A DNA stretch of 64,000 nucleotides from Granulicella sp. (lineage in GTDB: Bacteria; Acidobacteriota; Terriglobia; Terriglobales; Acidobacteriaceae). The stretch lies in NCBI GenBank assembly GCA_027339965.1, contig DAHWNL010000016.1, positions 32,001 to 96,000 on the forward strand, in the 5' to 3' direction. Both the position numbers and the translations under genes were made by a program. The notes below the pieces were generated by a model that was not told where the DNA came from, did not search any database, and saw nothing but the letters and a program-made list of their open reading frames with translations. This document shows positions 48,882-58,623 of the stretch, piece after piece (position 1 is the stretch's first letter; each line of letters starts with the position of its first letter).

Positions 48882-50102
48882 ATGCCAGCTATTCGCCGCA
48901 GAAGATCGGTTCCGGTCACTATCGGCAACGTTCGCGTCGGAAGTGACGCGCCTGTCGTCGTCCAGTCGATGACCAACACGGACACCGCCGATGTCGAGTC
49001 CACCGTCCAACAGATCGCTGCTCTGGCCCGCGCCGGCTCGGAGATGGTGCGCATCACCGTCAACACCGACGATGCCGCCAAGGCCGTTCCCTATATCATC
49101 GAGGGCATCCGCGCCAAAGGATGGACCACTCCCATCATCGGCGACTTCCATTACAACGGCCACCTGCTCCTTTCCAGATATCCGGCTACGGCGGAGGCTC
49201 TCGACAAGTACCGCATCAATCCCGGCAACTGCTCCATTGGACGCAAAGACGATGAGAACTTCCGCACCATGGTTGAGGTTGCCGTCAAGCACCAGAAGCC
49301 GGTTCGGATTGGCGTCAACTGGGGCTCGCTCGACCAGGCGTTGCTGACCAGAATGATGGATGAGAACTCAAGGCTCGCCGAGCCGCTCGACGCGCGCGAC
49401 GTCATGATGGAAGCCATGGTCGTCTCCGCGCTGGACAACGCCGCCGCCGCCGAACGCTACGGCCTGCGCCGCGATCAGATCATCCTCTCCGCAAAGGTCT
49501 CCGGCGTACGCGATCTGATCGACGTCTATACCGAGTTGGCCGGCCGCTGCGACTATGCACTCCACCTCGGCTTAACTGAAGCCGGCATGGGCATGAAAGG
49601 CATCGTTGCGTCCACTGCCGGTCTCTCGCCGCTTCTCCTGGCCGGGATCGGCGACACCGTCCGCGTCTCCCTTACTCCCACCCCGGGCGGTGACCGCTCG
49701 GAGGAGGTCCGCTGCGCCCAGCAGATCCTGCAATCCCTCTCTATCCGCAGCTTTATGCCGCAAGTCACCAGTTGTCCCGGCTGCGGCCGCACCACCAGCA
49801 CTTATTTCCAGGAGCTTGCCGAACGCATCCAGCACTACCTGGTGGAGTCCATGCCGCAATGGAAGAAGATCTACCCCGGCGTCGAAGAATTGAAACTGGC
49901 CGTGATGGGATGTATCGTCAATGGACCCGGCGAGAGCAAGCATGCCAACATCGGGATCTCCCTGCCCGGAACCTTTGAAGAACCCAAGGCCCCCGTCTAC
50001 ATCGACGGTCACCTCTTCACCACGCTCAAGGGCGACCATATCGTGGAAGAGTTTCAAGTGATCCTCAACGATTACGTCGAAAGGCGTTACGCCAGGCAAT
50101 AG
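48882..50102 (+). CDS. ispG: (E)-4-hydroxy-3-methylbut-2-enyl-diphosphate synthase
   Basis: [57 protein letters not shown]. Confidence 0.97.
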   Translation: MPAIRRRRSVPVTIGNVRVGSDAPVVVQSMTNTDTADVESTVQQIAALARAGSEMVRITVNTDDAAKAVPYIIEGIRAKGWTTPIIGDFHYNGHLLLSRYPATAEALDKYRINPGNCSIGRKDDENFRTMVEVAVKHQKPVRIGVNWGSLDQALLTRMMDENSRLAEPLDARDVMMEAMVVSALDNAAAAERYGLRRDQIILSAKVSGVRDLIDVYTELAGRCDYALHLGLTEAGMGMKGIVASTAGLSPLLLAGIGDTVRVSLTPTPGGDRSEEVRCAQQILQSLSIRSFMPQVTSCPGCGRTTSTYFQELAERIQHYLVESMPQWKKIYPGVEELKLAVMGCIVNGPGESKHANIGISLPGTFEEPKAPVYIDGHLFTTLKGDHIVEEFQVILNDYVERRYARQ

Positions 50103-50155
50103 ACTGGCACTTGCCGGTTCGCTGCTTCTGGCCCGGCGCGTTGAACCACGGACTT

Positions 50156-51646
50156 TCAGCTTTGTCGCCACGGAGGGATGTATATCCGATCTGGAGCAAC
50201 AATATCGGGGGGCCTCGCTCCAGCGGCGGCTGGCGTGTAAGGGCTTCCTGGATTCGCCTTCAACTGCGCATAGGCCCTCTGAACATTCTCCGGGAACGAA
50301 GGAATCAGAGCCTCGATATCTGCTTGCAGCTCTTTGACCTTCTCCGGATAGTCAACCGCGGCATCGTAACTCTCGGCAGGATCCCGCTCCAGGTCGTAAA
50401 GCTCCGGATGCGGCAAAAGAAAATGCCGCGTAGGTCCGCACGAGCCATTGAGCCAGTCGTTGATATAAATCTCGCCCGTCCGCTGCGAGATTCGCAGCTT
50501 CCAGTTCCCCTTTCGTGCGCACTCCAGGATCTGCTGATCCGGCGAAACCGCAAAATAGAGCAGGGTTCCTCGGTCCAGATGATCTGTCTTTCCTGTCAGC
50601 AGCTCGGAGATGTCCATCCCATCCAGCGGGTTGGGCGAGGGCTTCGCTCCACAGAAAGAGGTCACCGTGGGCACAACATCAAGGTTTGATCCCCACTCAC
50701 CCACCACCCTGCCCGCCGGAATAACCCCCGGCCAGCGCGCAAGGAACGGAATGCGTACTCCCCCTTCGAATCCAGTCGATTTGCGGCCCCGGCGCGGCCC
50801 GGGGCATCCCTGGAACCACGGGCCGTGATCGCTGGTGAAGAAGACCAGCGTATCCCGTTCCAATCCCTTACCACGAACCGCGTCGAGAATCTCCCCCACG
50901 CTCCAATCGATCTCCTCAATGGCATCGCCCTGGCGTCCAAGTCCAGAGTGACCCTGAAAACGCGGCGAACCTGTAGGTGGATCATGTGGGTAAGAGTACG
51001 CAACGTAGAGAAAGAACGGAGAAGACGCCGACTCATTAATGAACTTCACTGCCTCTTCCGTATAAAGTGGCGTCAGCATCTCACGGTCGGCGTTCGCTTC
51101 CATCACCGTCGTGTCCCGCAGTAGCGGAAGCGGAGCCATATCCACGCTCCACGGAACGCCGTAGTACGCATCAAAACCCCGGTTGGTGGGCAGGTACGGC
51201 GGCGGATACCCCAGGTGCCATTTTCCAATCGCCATCGACTTGTATCCAGCCGGCTTGAGAATATCCGCCAGCGTCTTCTCATCCAGGTCCGTTCCATCCT
51301 TGGAGCTGGGTCCATACGCTCCCTGCGTATGCGTACGGCTGGAGTATCTACCCGTCAGCAGAGCAGCCCGGGATGCCGAGCAGATCGGATGCGCTGTGTT
51401 GAAGCGCGTCAACCGCGCGCCTTCCCTGGCCATCTGATCAAGGTTGGGAGTCTTGAGCGACGAGCCGTAACAGTGCAGATCGCCGGAACCCAGATCATCG
51501 CAGATCATCAGGATGACGTTGGGAGAGCGGCCCTTCGCAGACGGCTCGCCAGCCTGCCCCGAAGCCGATAGCGACAGAACTGCAGATGCTGCCGCAGCTT
51601 TGACAAATGCTCTACGATCAATTCCGCCCGTGACTTTTGAACTCAT
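50156..51646 (-). CDS. Tat-exported arylsulfatase-like sulfatase
   Basis: DRRAFVK Tat motif, PNVILMICDDLG, CSASRAALLTGR, GKWHLG, SDHGP, FEGGVRIP. Confidence 0.93.
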   Translation of the reverse strand: MSSKVTGGIDRRAFVKAAAASAVLSLSASGQAGEPSAKGRSPNVILMICDDLGSGDLHCYGSSLKTPNLDQMAREGARLTRFNTAHPICSASRAALLTGRYSSRTHTQGAYGPSSKDGTDLDEKTLADILKPAGYKSMAIGKWHLGYPPPYLPTNRGFDAYYGVPWSVDMAPLPLLRDTTVMEANADREMLTPLYTEEAVKFINESASSPFFLYVAYSYPHDPPTGSPRFQGHSGLGRQGDAIEEIDWSVGEILDAVRGKGLERDTLVFFTSDHGPWFQGCPGPRRGRKSTGFEGGVRIPFLARWPGVIPAGRVVGEWGSNLDVVPTVTSFCGAKPSPNPLDGMDISELLTGKTDHLDRGTLLYFAVSPDQQILECARKGNWKLRISQRTGEIYINDWLNGSCGPTRHFLLPHPELYDLERDPAESYDAAVDYPEKVKELQADIEALIPSFPENVQRAYAQLKANPGSPYTPAAAGARPPDIVAPDRIYIPPWRQS

Positions 51647-51706
51647 GCTTCATCCCCGCGTGTAAACCATCCTTGTGTGTGTGTGTCATGGTAAGCGCCC
51701 TGCCGG

Positions 51707-52696
51707 TCAGTCCGAAAGCGCGCACCGAAAGCTGGTGTTGGAGGTGGAACTGTCTGGAGTGTTCGAACTGCGCGCCGCAACGCGATAGCGGTTGCAGTAC
51801 GACTTATGGCAGAGAAACGATCCTCCCCTGGTGACACGGGAAGATCCTTGGGATGGACCTGTCGGGTTATCCAGGCTCGCCGCTCTGTGAAAGTCCGGGC
51901 TAAACCAGTCAGCGCACCACTCCCAGGTGTTGCCAGTCATCGAGTAAAGACCGTAGCCATTGGGGGGAAAGGCCTGCACCGGACAGGTGCCGGCATAGCC
52001 GTCATCGCCGGTGTCATGGTTGGGAAAATCGCCCTGCCATATATTGCACATATGCTTTCCCTGGGGCCTCAGCTTGTCACCCCACGGATATGTCTTTTGC
52101 TCCAACCCGCCGCGCGCCGCATACTCCCACTCGGCTTCCGTAGGCAGCCGCTGTCCTGTCCACTGTGCATACGCTACGGCGTCGTTCCAGGAAACATGCA
52201 CCACCGGATGATCCTCACGAAGCAGCAGGGTCGATCCTGGACCTTCAGGCGCATTCCATTGGGCGCCGCGCACTTTGCACCACCAGGGCGCAGCCCGCAC
52301 GGTGTCTTCCACCAACTCCTTGAACCTTGCTTTGGGCAGATGCAGCCAGAAGACAAACGACCAGCCAAAACGCTCCGCCTCAGTGCGATAGCCGGTAGCT
52401 TCGACAAACTGCTGAAACAGACGATTGGTGACGGTAGTGGAATCGATCCAGAACGGTCGCAGCGTCACCTCCCGCACCGGACCTTCTCCATCTTGCGGAA
52501 ACCCCTCAGCGGTGTCGGTTCCCATCAGAAATCTTCCGCCCTGAAGCCGGACCATCCGTGCGCGCGTCTCGGCAGAGACCCCTTTGCTTAGAGGAAGGTC
52601 TTTCGGCGAATCCCAATCGCACGCCGCGTGACCGGCAGAGGGTGTGCAGCAGCCATGCGGCCTTTGCTGATGGTCTTCTGTCTTGGCTATGTCCAC
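51707..52696 (-). CDS. Formylglycine-generating enzyme (SUMF1/FGE)
   Basis: HPVVHVSWNDA, RLPTEAEWEYAARGG, GNTWEW, RGGSFLCHKSYCNRYRVAAR with both catalytic Cys. Confidence 0.95.
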   Translation of the reverse strand: MDIAKTEDHQQRPHGCCTPSAGHAACDWDSPKDLPLSKGVSAETRARMVRLQGGRFLMGTDTAEGFPQDGEGPVREVTLRPFWIDSTTVTNRLFQQFVEATGYRTEAERFGWSFVFWLHLPKARFKELVEDTVRAAPWWCKVRGAQWNAPEGPGSTLLLREDHPVVHVSWNDAVAYAQWTGQRLPTEAEWEYAARGGLEQKTYPWGDKLRPQGKHMCNIWQGDFPNHDTGDDGYAGTCPVQAFPPNGYGLYSMTGNTWEWCADWFSPDFHRAASLDNPTGPSQGSSRVTRGGSFLCHKSYCNRYRVAARSSNTPDSSTSNTSFRCALSD

Positions 52697-53189
52697 GGCT
52701 CCGTCTCCGAAGAAGATTCCATCGCCACATCTTTCGCAGCCGACGGGTGTTCCAAGTCTAGCTTATCGCCAAGCTGCGCTGGAGCTCCCTTAGCCGCCGC
52801 ATAAGCCCGTCTCTGAGCCCAGTCGCCGCAGGGTCCGCGGATCCAATAATATTCGAAATGCTAGTAAGACGGAGGGAAGAGTTGCAGCCCGACATACAGA
52901 GCTCCATACCAGGACGTGATCACTGAATTTGGCGAGATGGAAGGTTGCGCCCGACCGGATCATCATGCGCTCATGGTGCACCGGATCACTACCACCTAAG
53001 GCAAAGTATGGCGTTGACAGCTACGAACTCCTGGACCACGAAGAGATCATCGCGGGCTACGAGCGCTTCCTTATACGAGTGCTTCCTTAACCGCTGGAAC
53101 TTCCGCAATGCCTTCCCAACCAGCGGAAGCTTTTCCGAGCCTGCGGTCGCACCTGCTACGAATCGTGGAAGAATTACATGGAGAACGCT

Positions 53190-53373
53190 TCCAAGTGGAC
53201 CGGAGATCGAAGTCCTGATCGCCTGCTCGCAAGACCACAACCGCCACGTCGGCGCTGGGACGTTCACCACCCGGCTTGGTAAAGGCACAGTTCTGTTTCA
53301 CCGCGTGCCGGATATGCATCCGGTGATGCAGCAGTGCTTCCTCGCCAATGCCCTGCTGTGGCTGACAAGCTGA
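53190..53373 (+). pseudogene. Possible remnant of the 3' end of a degraded gene
   Basis: GPEIEVLIACSQDHNRHVGAGTFTTRLGKGTVLFHRVPDMHPVMQQCFLANALLWLTS reads like a real C-terminus, while the upstream part of the frame does not. Confidence 0.3.
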
Positions 53374-53450
53374 ACCAGCGCAGTGTGGAGCCTGCTGCGG
53401 CAATACGGCAGCGCGGCCATGCAGGCCCTTCCGCAGACTCGACGGCTGCA

Positions 53451-55196
53451 CTACTCCGCAGGCTGACCAGCCCCGGCCAGATATTGCTTCGCCTGCGCAA
53501 ACTCCGGCCGCGTGGAATCCGCTCCTCCATCGGTCGACCGCAGCATCGCCCTGTAAAAATGGACGGCTTGCGCCTTCTCTCCGCAGGCGGCGGCGGCGCG
53601 AGCCGCGCCATCGAAACCGTTCAGCCGATTCGGGCTCAGCCGCAACGCAGCCTCGTATTCCTGCAGAGCCTCTTTCGGCTGGCCCATCTGCAGCAGCATG
53701 TCGGCCAGCATCTCACGCGCAGGAATATCCACCTCTCCCTGGCCTACCTTGTCCTGCAAATCCGCCGCAGCGCGCATGGACGCGAGCGCGGGAGCCTGAT
53801 GCCCCTCCGCATCGTCCGCCCAGGCCGCCGCCTCCTCGCTCATGATCTTCGTGGCTGTGGAATCGGCGACATAGGAATCGTTGCTCTTCCTCACCTTGGC
53901 TAGGCTACTTCGATAGCCGGCCAGGTCAGCCGCCGCCTTCGCCTCATTCTTCAAGTGCCCATCGGCAATGATCCGCATCCAGGCAACCAGCATCTCGTCG
54001 TCGGCCGGCGACCCTGCGACCGGCGTCATCGCCGCGGCCATCTTCCAGTCATGCATCTCCAGAGCATAGAAACCGGTAAGTTCCACCCGGTAGAAAGGGA
54101 CCATTCCGGCCATATAAGCCTTGCCCTCGCCCGGCATCGCGGCTAACCGATCCAGAACCGCGTTAGCTGCAACCAGGTCCCTCTTCGCCTGCGCATCCCG
54201 TCCGCTCTGCAGCTCCGCATAGACCAGGAAGTCATAGGAGTGCGGTTCATCCATGATTCCGCTCTCTCCCTTCGCCTCAGCCTGCTCGGAGGCCTTGATC
54301 GATGCCCTCTGCGCGGCGATATCCTGTGGCCACATCCCTAGACGCGCATAGATGTGCCCCGGCATGTGGGCTGCGTGCGGCCCGGAGGGGGCGATCTCTC
54401 CATAGTGGTTGGCCGCCGCCAGCCCTTCCCTGGCCATAGCCGGATTGTCGCAGGCGTGGATCGTGTAGTGATCCACCCCAGGATTGTCGGGGTCTTTGGC
54501 GAACAGCGGCCGCAAGATCACCATCGCCTTGTGCTCCTGCGCCTCGGAGGTGTCTCCCGGGCTCTCTTCGGCCAGCAGGGAAAGAGCATAGAATGACCCA
54601 GCGTTTACATCCTTCGGATCGCTCGCATACAACCGCCCCATCGCCGCCGAGTAGGCATGCACGCGCGCCGGAAACTGCTCCGGCCCCGGCTTGTAGAACG
54701 CCGCCATCGCAGCGATATACGCTCTTTCGCGGGCGGTCTTCGCCGGCAGAGCCTGAGCGGCCTGCATCTGCTTCCAGCCAAAGCGCATCGCGGCGGCATC
54801 CGGGCGCCCCCAGATCTCATGGAAGGCGCTCATCGCCTCACCCCAATGGCCCATCGCGCAGGTTGGATCGTCCTTGGCGATCCGTTCGAACTGCCGCCGC
54901 GCCTCCTCGTACCAGAAGTCATGCAAGAGCGCCACGCCGCGATTGAAGTAAGGCTGCACCGCGGCCCCGCAGGAGACTGGGAAGGAGACCGTCCCCAGCT
55001 TCTCTCGCATCTGTGCCGGCGTAGCCATCGGCGCAGGCTGCCTGGAGGGAGACTTTGCCATGGCAGCCATCTGGTCGATCATCTGGGCGATCATCTGGCC
55101 GCTGAGGGACGCTAACAGCAGGCAAAGCGATAAGGAGAGCAAGGGGATGGTACAAGCTACCGGGAGACGGGAGAAGACTGCGCGCCGGGTTTTCAT
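53451..55196 (-). CDS. Secreted TPR-containing protein of unknown function
   Basis: Signal peptide; LGTVSFPVSC...FNRGVALLHDFWY, HYTIHACD, HAAHMPGHIY, TPR-like C-terminus. Confidence 0.8.
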   Translation of the reverse strand: MKTRRAVFSRLPVACTIPLLSLSLCLLLASLSGQMIAQMIDQMAAMAKSPSRQPAPMATPAQMREKLGTVSFPVSCGAAVQPYFNRGVALLHDFWYEEARRQFERIAKDDPTCAMGHWGEAMSAFHEIWGRPDAAAMRFGWKQMQAAQALPAKTARERAYIAAMAAFYKPGPEQFPARVHAYSAAMGRLYASDPKDVNAGSFYALSLLAEESPGDTSEAQEHKAMVILRPLFAKDPDNPGVDHYTIHACDNPAMAREGLAAANHYGEIAPSGPHAAHMPGHIYARLGMWPQDIAAQRASIKASEQAEAKGESGIMDEPHSYDFLVYAELQSGRDAQAKRDLVAANAVLDRLAAMPGEGKAYMAGMVPFYRVELTGFYALEMHDWKMAAAMTPVAGSPADDEMLVAWMRIIADGHLKNEAKAAADLAGYRSSLAKVRKSNDSYVADSTATKIMSEEAAAWADDAEGHQAPALASMRAAADLQDKVGQGEVDIPAREMLADMLLQMGQPKEALQEYEAALRLSPNRLNGFDGAARAAAACGEKAQAVHFYRAMLRSTDGGADSTRPEFAQAKQYLAGAGQPAE

Positions 55197-55334
55197 GGCC
55201 CGTAATTATACCCGCTGCCACAACTCGCTGGAGCATCGCGAATCGGTACAGAGCTGCGGTTGCAAGGCCGGCCATGGAACCAATCCGGCATCGAGCGCTC
55301 TTTTTTTCTTCTTAGGGCTACGCCTCTGATCGGT

Positions 55335-57122
55335 TCACTGGGGAGCTGCGGCGCCGGAAGACTCTCCCTCTGCTATGGGAATCTGGCCTGCTTTGGGAAT
55401 CTGACTTTCCGTGCCTGACTCCTCTTCTCTGGGCACGCAGGAGGCCCACACCTGGAAGCTGATCTTCGGAGAATGCGATCCACCATCCGGATCCTTGTGC
55501 AGCGCATAGACCTGCTCTCGAATCTCAAAGTCGGCCTGGGTCATCCGCTCCCGCGAACGCAGGAAGTCCATCCAGCTCTCCATGATGAACGTCTCGTTCA
55601 GATGTTCGGAATTGTTTGCATCACGGTAGATGCCCCAGCGCACCGCTCCACCGCGCAGACGAACCGCCTTCAACTTCTGCACCAACCGGGTGAATCGCGC
55701 GTAGCTCTCGGCAGGCACGTGGTAGTCCACTGAGATCCGCACCGGCCCCGCATCGGGATCAGCCATCTGCGCAAAACTCGACAGAGGGCGCTTCCACCGG
55801 TACGGCGTAAGGTCCGGCAACAGCCCCTTGAGGACATGGATGCGCCGCATCCCGGGCATGCTGGCCGACAGCCCCACCGCCGCGCAGATCAGCGAGATCC
55901 TGGTGGAGTAGCGTTGCGCGATGGCTCCCCAAAGCACGCTGCCCAGCGCCAGTCCCCCTTGCAGCGCCATCAGATAGACGCCCAGCGCCCGCGCGTAGAC
56001 CCATGCCGGAACACTGAGTTGAACGCTCACATTCAGTGTGGACATGGTGGTGGTCCAGGCAAATCCCGCGCCCAGCAGGGTCACAATCGCCACCCAGGGT
56101 ATTGGCGCCAGCGCCAGCACCAGCAACGTCACCACATAGTAGGCTCCGGTTGCCGTCAACATCGTATCCGCATCCAGCCTCTGCCGCAGAGGCGCCAGCA
56201 GCGCGGCTCCCGCAACGGCCCCCAACCCCAGGCATCCGTTCAGAATGCCGTACCCCATAGCTCCCTGACGAAGGTCTTGTTTGGCCACCAGCGCCAGCAG
56301 GCTCCACACGGCGCTCACAAAGAAGGTGAAGGTGAACACTCGAATCAGCGGCCCCTGCAGGTCGGGCGCATGGCGCAAATAACGCAGCCCCGATCGCACC
56401 GAACCCGCGATCCGCTCGGCCGGCAGCGCACTTTGGAAAAGCGGTTGCCGCCGCCAGCGCCACAGGATCCAGATCACGCCGGCAAACGAGGCCGAATTGA
56501 CAGCAAAGACCCAGGCAGCGCCTCGACTGGGAAGCAGAAACGCAGCTACCAGCAGCCCTCCCAGGGCCGGCCCCGCCGCCCGCGCCAGGTTGTTGCTGGC
56601 GGCGTTCAGCGCCACCGCATTCGGAATCTGCTCATGCGGCACCAGCTCCGGCACAATCGCCTGCCATGCGGGGTTGTTCATCGCCGAACCGATATTCAGA
56701 AGGAAGGTAAACAACAACAGCGTTAGGGGCGAAATCACGTTCAGAAAGGTCAGCGTGGCCAGCACGGCAACGCTGCCCAGCATCCAGCACTGCCAGAAGA
56801 TCAGCAGACGGCGGCGCTCATAGATGTCCGCGGTCGCCCCCGCCAGCAGTCCAAGAAACAGCACCGGCAGGCTCGCCGCAGTCTGCATCAGCGCAATCAG
56901 CAGCGGAGAGGTGGTCAGCACCGTCATCAACCAGGTGCCCGCCGTGTCCTGCATCCAGGTACCAATGCTGGACACGGTCGAGGCCACCCAACGGTCGCGG
57001 AAGACGGCTATGCGCAGCGGCTCCAACGCATTCGATCCAGCCGCATTCGGCTGGCTGGCTGTGCCCAGATCGGTTGAGTCGATGCGTCCGGTCTCGCCCA
57101 CAGATCTATCATGCCATTGCAA
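55335..57122 (-). CDS. MFS transporter (MFS_3/DUF894-like) with C-terminal soluble domain
   Basis: VSSIGTWMQDT, AGATADIYERRR, PAWQAIVPELVP, NLARAAGPALGG; C-terminal GPVRISVDY...RLRGGA..WGIYRD. Confidence 0.9.
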   Translation of the reverse strand: MQWHDRSVGETGRIDSTDLGTASQPNAAGSNALEPLRIAVFRDRWVASTVSSIGTWMQDTAGTWLMTVLTTSPLLIALMQTAASLPVLFLGLLAGATADIYERRRLLIFWQCWMLGSVAVLATLTFLNVISPLTLLLFTFLLNIGSAMNNPAWQAIVPELVPHEQIPNAVALNAASNNLARAAGPALGGLLVAAFLLPSRGAAWVFAVNSASFAGVIWILWRWRRQPLFQSALPAERIAGSVRSGLRYLRHAPDLQGPLIRVFTFTFFVSAVWSLLALVAKQDLRQGAMGYGILNGCLGLGAVAGAALLAPLRQRLDADTMLTATGAYYVVTLLVLALAPIPWVAIVTLLGAGFAWTTTMSTLNVSVQLSVPAWVYARALGVYLMALQGGLALGSVLWGAIAQRYSTRISLICAAVGLSASMPGMRRIHVLKGLLPDLTPYRWKRPLSSFAQMADPDAGPVRISVDYHVPAESYARFTRLVQKLKAVRLRGGAVRWGIYRDANNSEHLNETFIMESWMDFLRSRERMTQADFEIREQVYALHKDPDGGSHSPKISFQVWASCVPREEESGTESQIPKAGQIPIAEGESSGAAAPQ

Positions 57123-57245
57123 CCGAGAACTGTGTTTTTCTTCATCTTTCTCTGCGATCTCGGCCTCTCGCCAGGCTGCCGTCTGCCTCCTGGCGTTGAC
57201 CCGCCGTTCCCATGCCTATCATGCGCTGCCGTTTATAGTGCAATC

Positions 57246-58238
57246 ATGGTCTGCCGTGGCCCGATCCTCATCCTTCGATACCTGGCCAGCATCCTCCTTT
57301 TCTGCATCGCATCCGTACAGCCGGGCCAGGCCTTCCCGGCCCGGCAAACGGCAGTTCAAGTGGCGAAAGTGGCTCCCGCGCTTGCCGATCAACCCATTCC
57401 GCCTATTCCGCAGCTTCTCCACGACGTCGAGCAGCACCAGAAGGAAGCCGAAGACGCGCAGCGCGATTACACCTATCACGTCCACTTCGAGTTCCAGCAG
57501 TTGGATCGCAGCGGCCACGCCAAAAAGATCTCCACCCTCGACTCCGAGAGCATCGTCATTGACGGCGTCCGCATCGATAAGGTGGTAGCCCGCAACGGGA
57601 AGCCCCTCACCCCCAGACAGGCCCAGAAGGAAAGCGACCAGATCGACAAAGAGGTGGCCCGCGCCAAGGCTAGAAGGGAACATCTCGCCGCTCGCGGAGA
57701 GGCCTCCGATCCAGAGGGCAACCCTCTTATCCCCGTCTCCCGCATCCTCGAGTTAGGCTCCTTCTCCAACCCGCGCCGGATCATGCTGGACCAGCGCCCT
57801 ACCATCGAGCTGGACTACGCGGGCGATCCCCACGCTAAAATCCGCAACCAATCCGAAGGGATCATTCGCAATCTGGTCGGCACCGTATGGATCGATGAGC
57901 AAAACCGCATCCTGGTGCGCGGTCAAGGGCACTTCGTCCATGACTTCAAGATCGGGGCTGGGTTGATTCTGAATATCCACAAGGGGCTCAGCTTCGACTT
58001 TCGCGCCACGCACATCACGGGGGATGTATGGCTCCCGGCGACGGTGGAAGGAAAAGGCGAAGCGCGCATCCTCCTCTTCGAGCACATCGACGGAAACTTC
58101 CGTCTGGTCACCTCCAACTATCAGCGATTCACCACCAGCACCACCATCATCGACTCGGACCGCCTCGTCAACGCAGACCATCAGACCCAGCCCAATCCAC
58201 CTGCTCCCGTCCAGCCTTCCCCGCCGAAACCCAACTAG
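57246..58238 (+). CDS. Hypothetical secreted protein
   Basis: Signal peptide, RDYTYH, GTVWIDEQ, VWLP beta-rich pattern; TATAGT 6 nt before ATG. Confidence 0.7.
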   Translation: MVCRGPILILRYLASILLFCIASVQPGQAFPARQTAVQVAKVAPALADQPIPPIPQLLHDVEQHQKEAEDAQRDYTYHVHFEFQQLDRSGHAKKISTLDSESIVIDGVRIDKVVARNGKPLTPRQAQKESDQIDKEVARAKARREHLAARGEASDPEGNPLIPVSRILELGSFSNPRRIMLDQRPTIELDYAGDPHAKIRNQSEGIIRNLVGTVWIDEQNRILVRGQGHFVHDFKIGAGLILNIHKGLSFDFRATHITGDVWLPATVEGKGEARILLFEHIDGNFRLVTSNYQRFTTSTTIIDSDRLVNADHQTQPNPPAPVQPSPPKPN

Positions 58239-58623
58239 GCTACTCCCTGCAGCGCGGACTCTACCCTGTCCGTCGCTCTTTCCACGCCGAGAGCGCCTTT
58301 CCCCGACGCGCCGCCGATCCAAGCAGACCGAAGATCCTTCGACCTGCCGGCTGACCTGCTCAGAAGGTTCTCTTGCAAGGAGAATGGAAGGAAGTGGCCT
58401 TTTCTCAACTGCGATCGGCCTGAGGATCCAACCTGCGGGGGCCGTGCCTGCGGGGGCCGCGCACCCGTACAGTAAGATGTTGAGGGGTACATGGCTCCAG
58501 CGAGGAATCCGGCCCGTAGAAAGCTCATTGACTCTCCTGGTGAGTGATCGGCAGGGATCTTATCGGAAACGGATTCCACGGGTCCACCTGGGCCGGACTC
58601 TGCGCGGGCGGAGACTTTTTGAA

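Noticed and set aside
58432..58459. Direct repeat CCTGCGGGGGCCG x2 (also short repeats near 31085-31120 and 55066-55100)
   Set aside because: Only two or three short GC-rich units, consistent with local slippage; no functional evidence.
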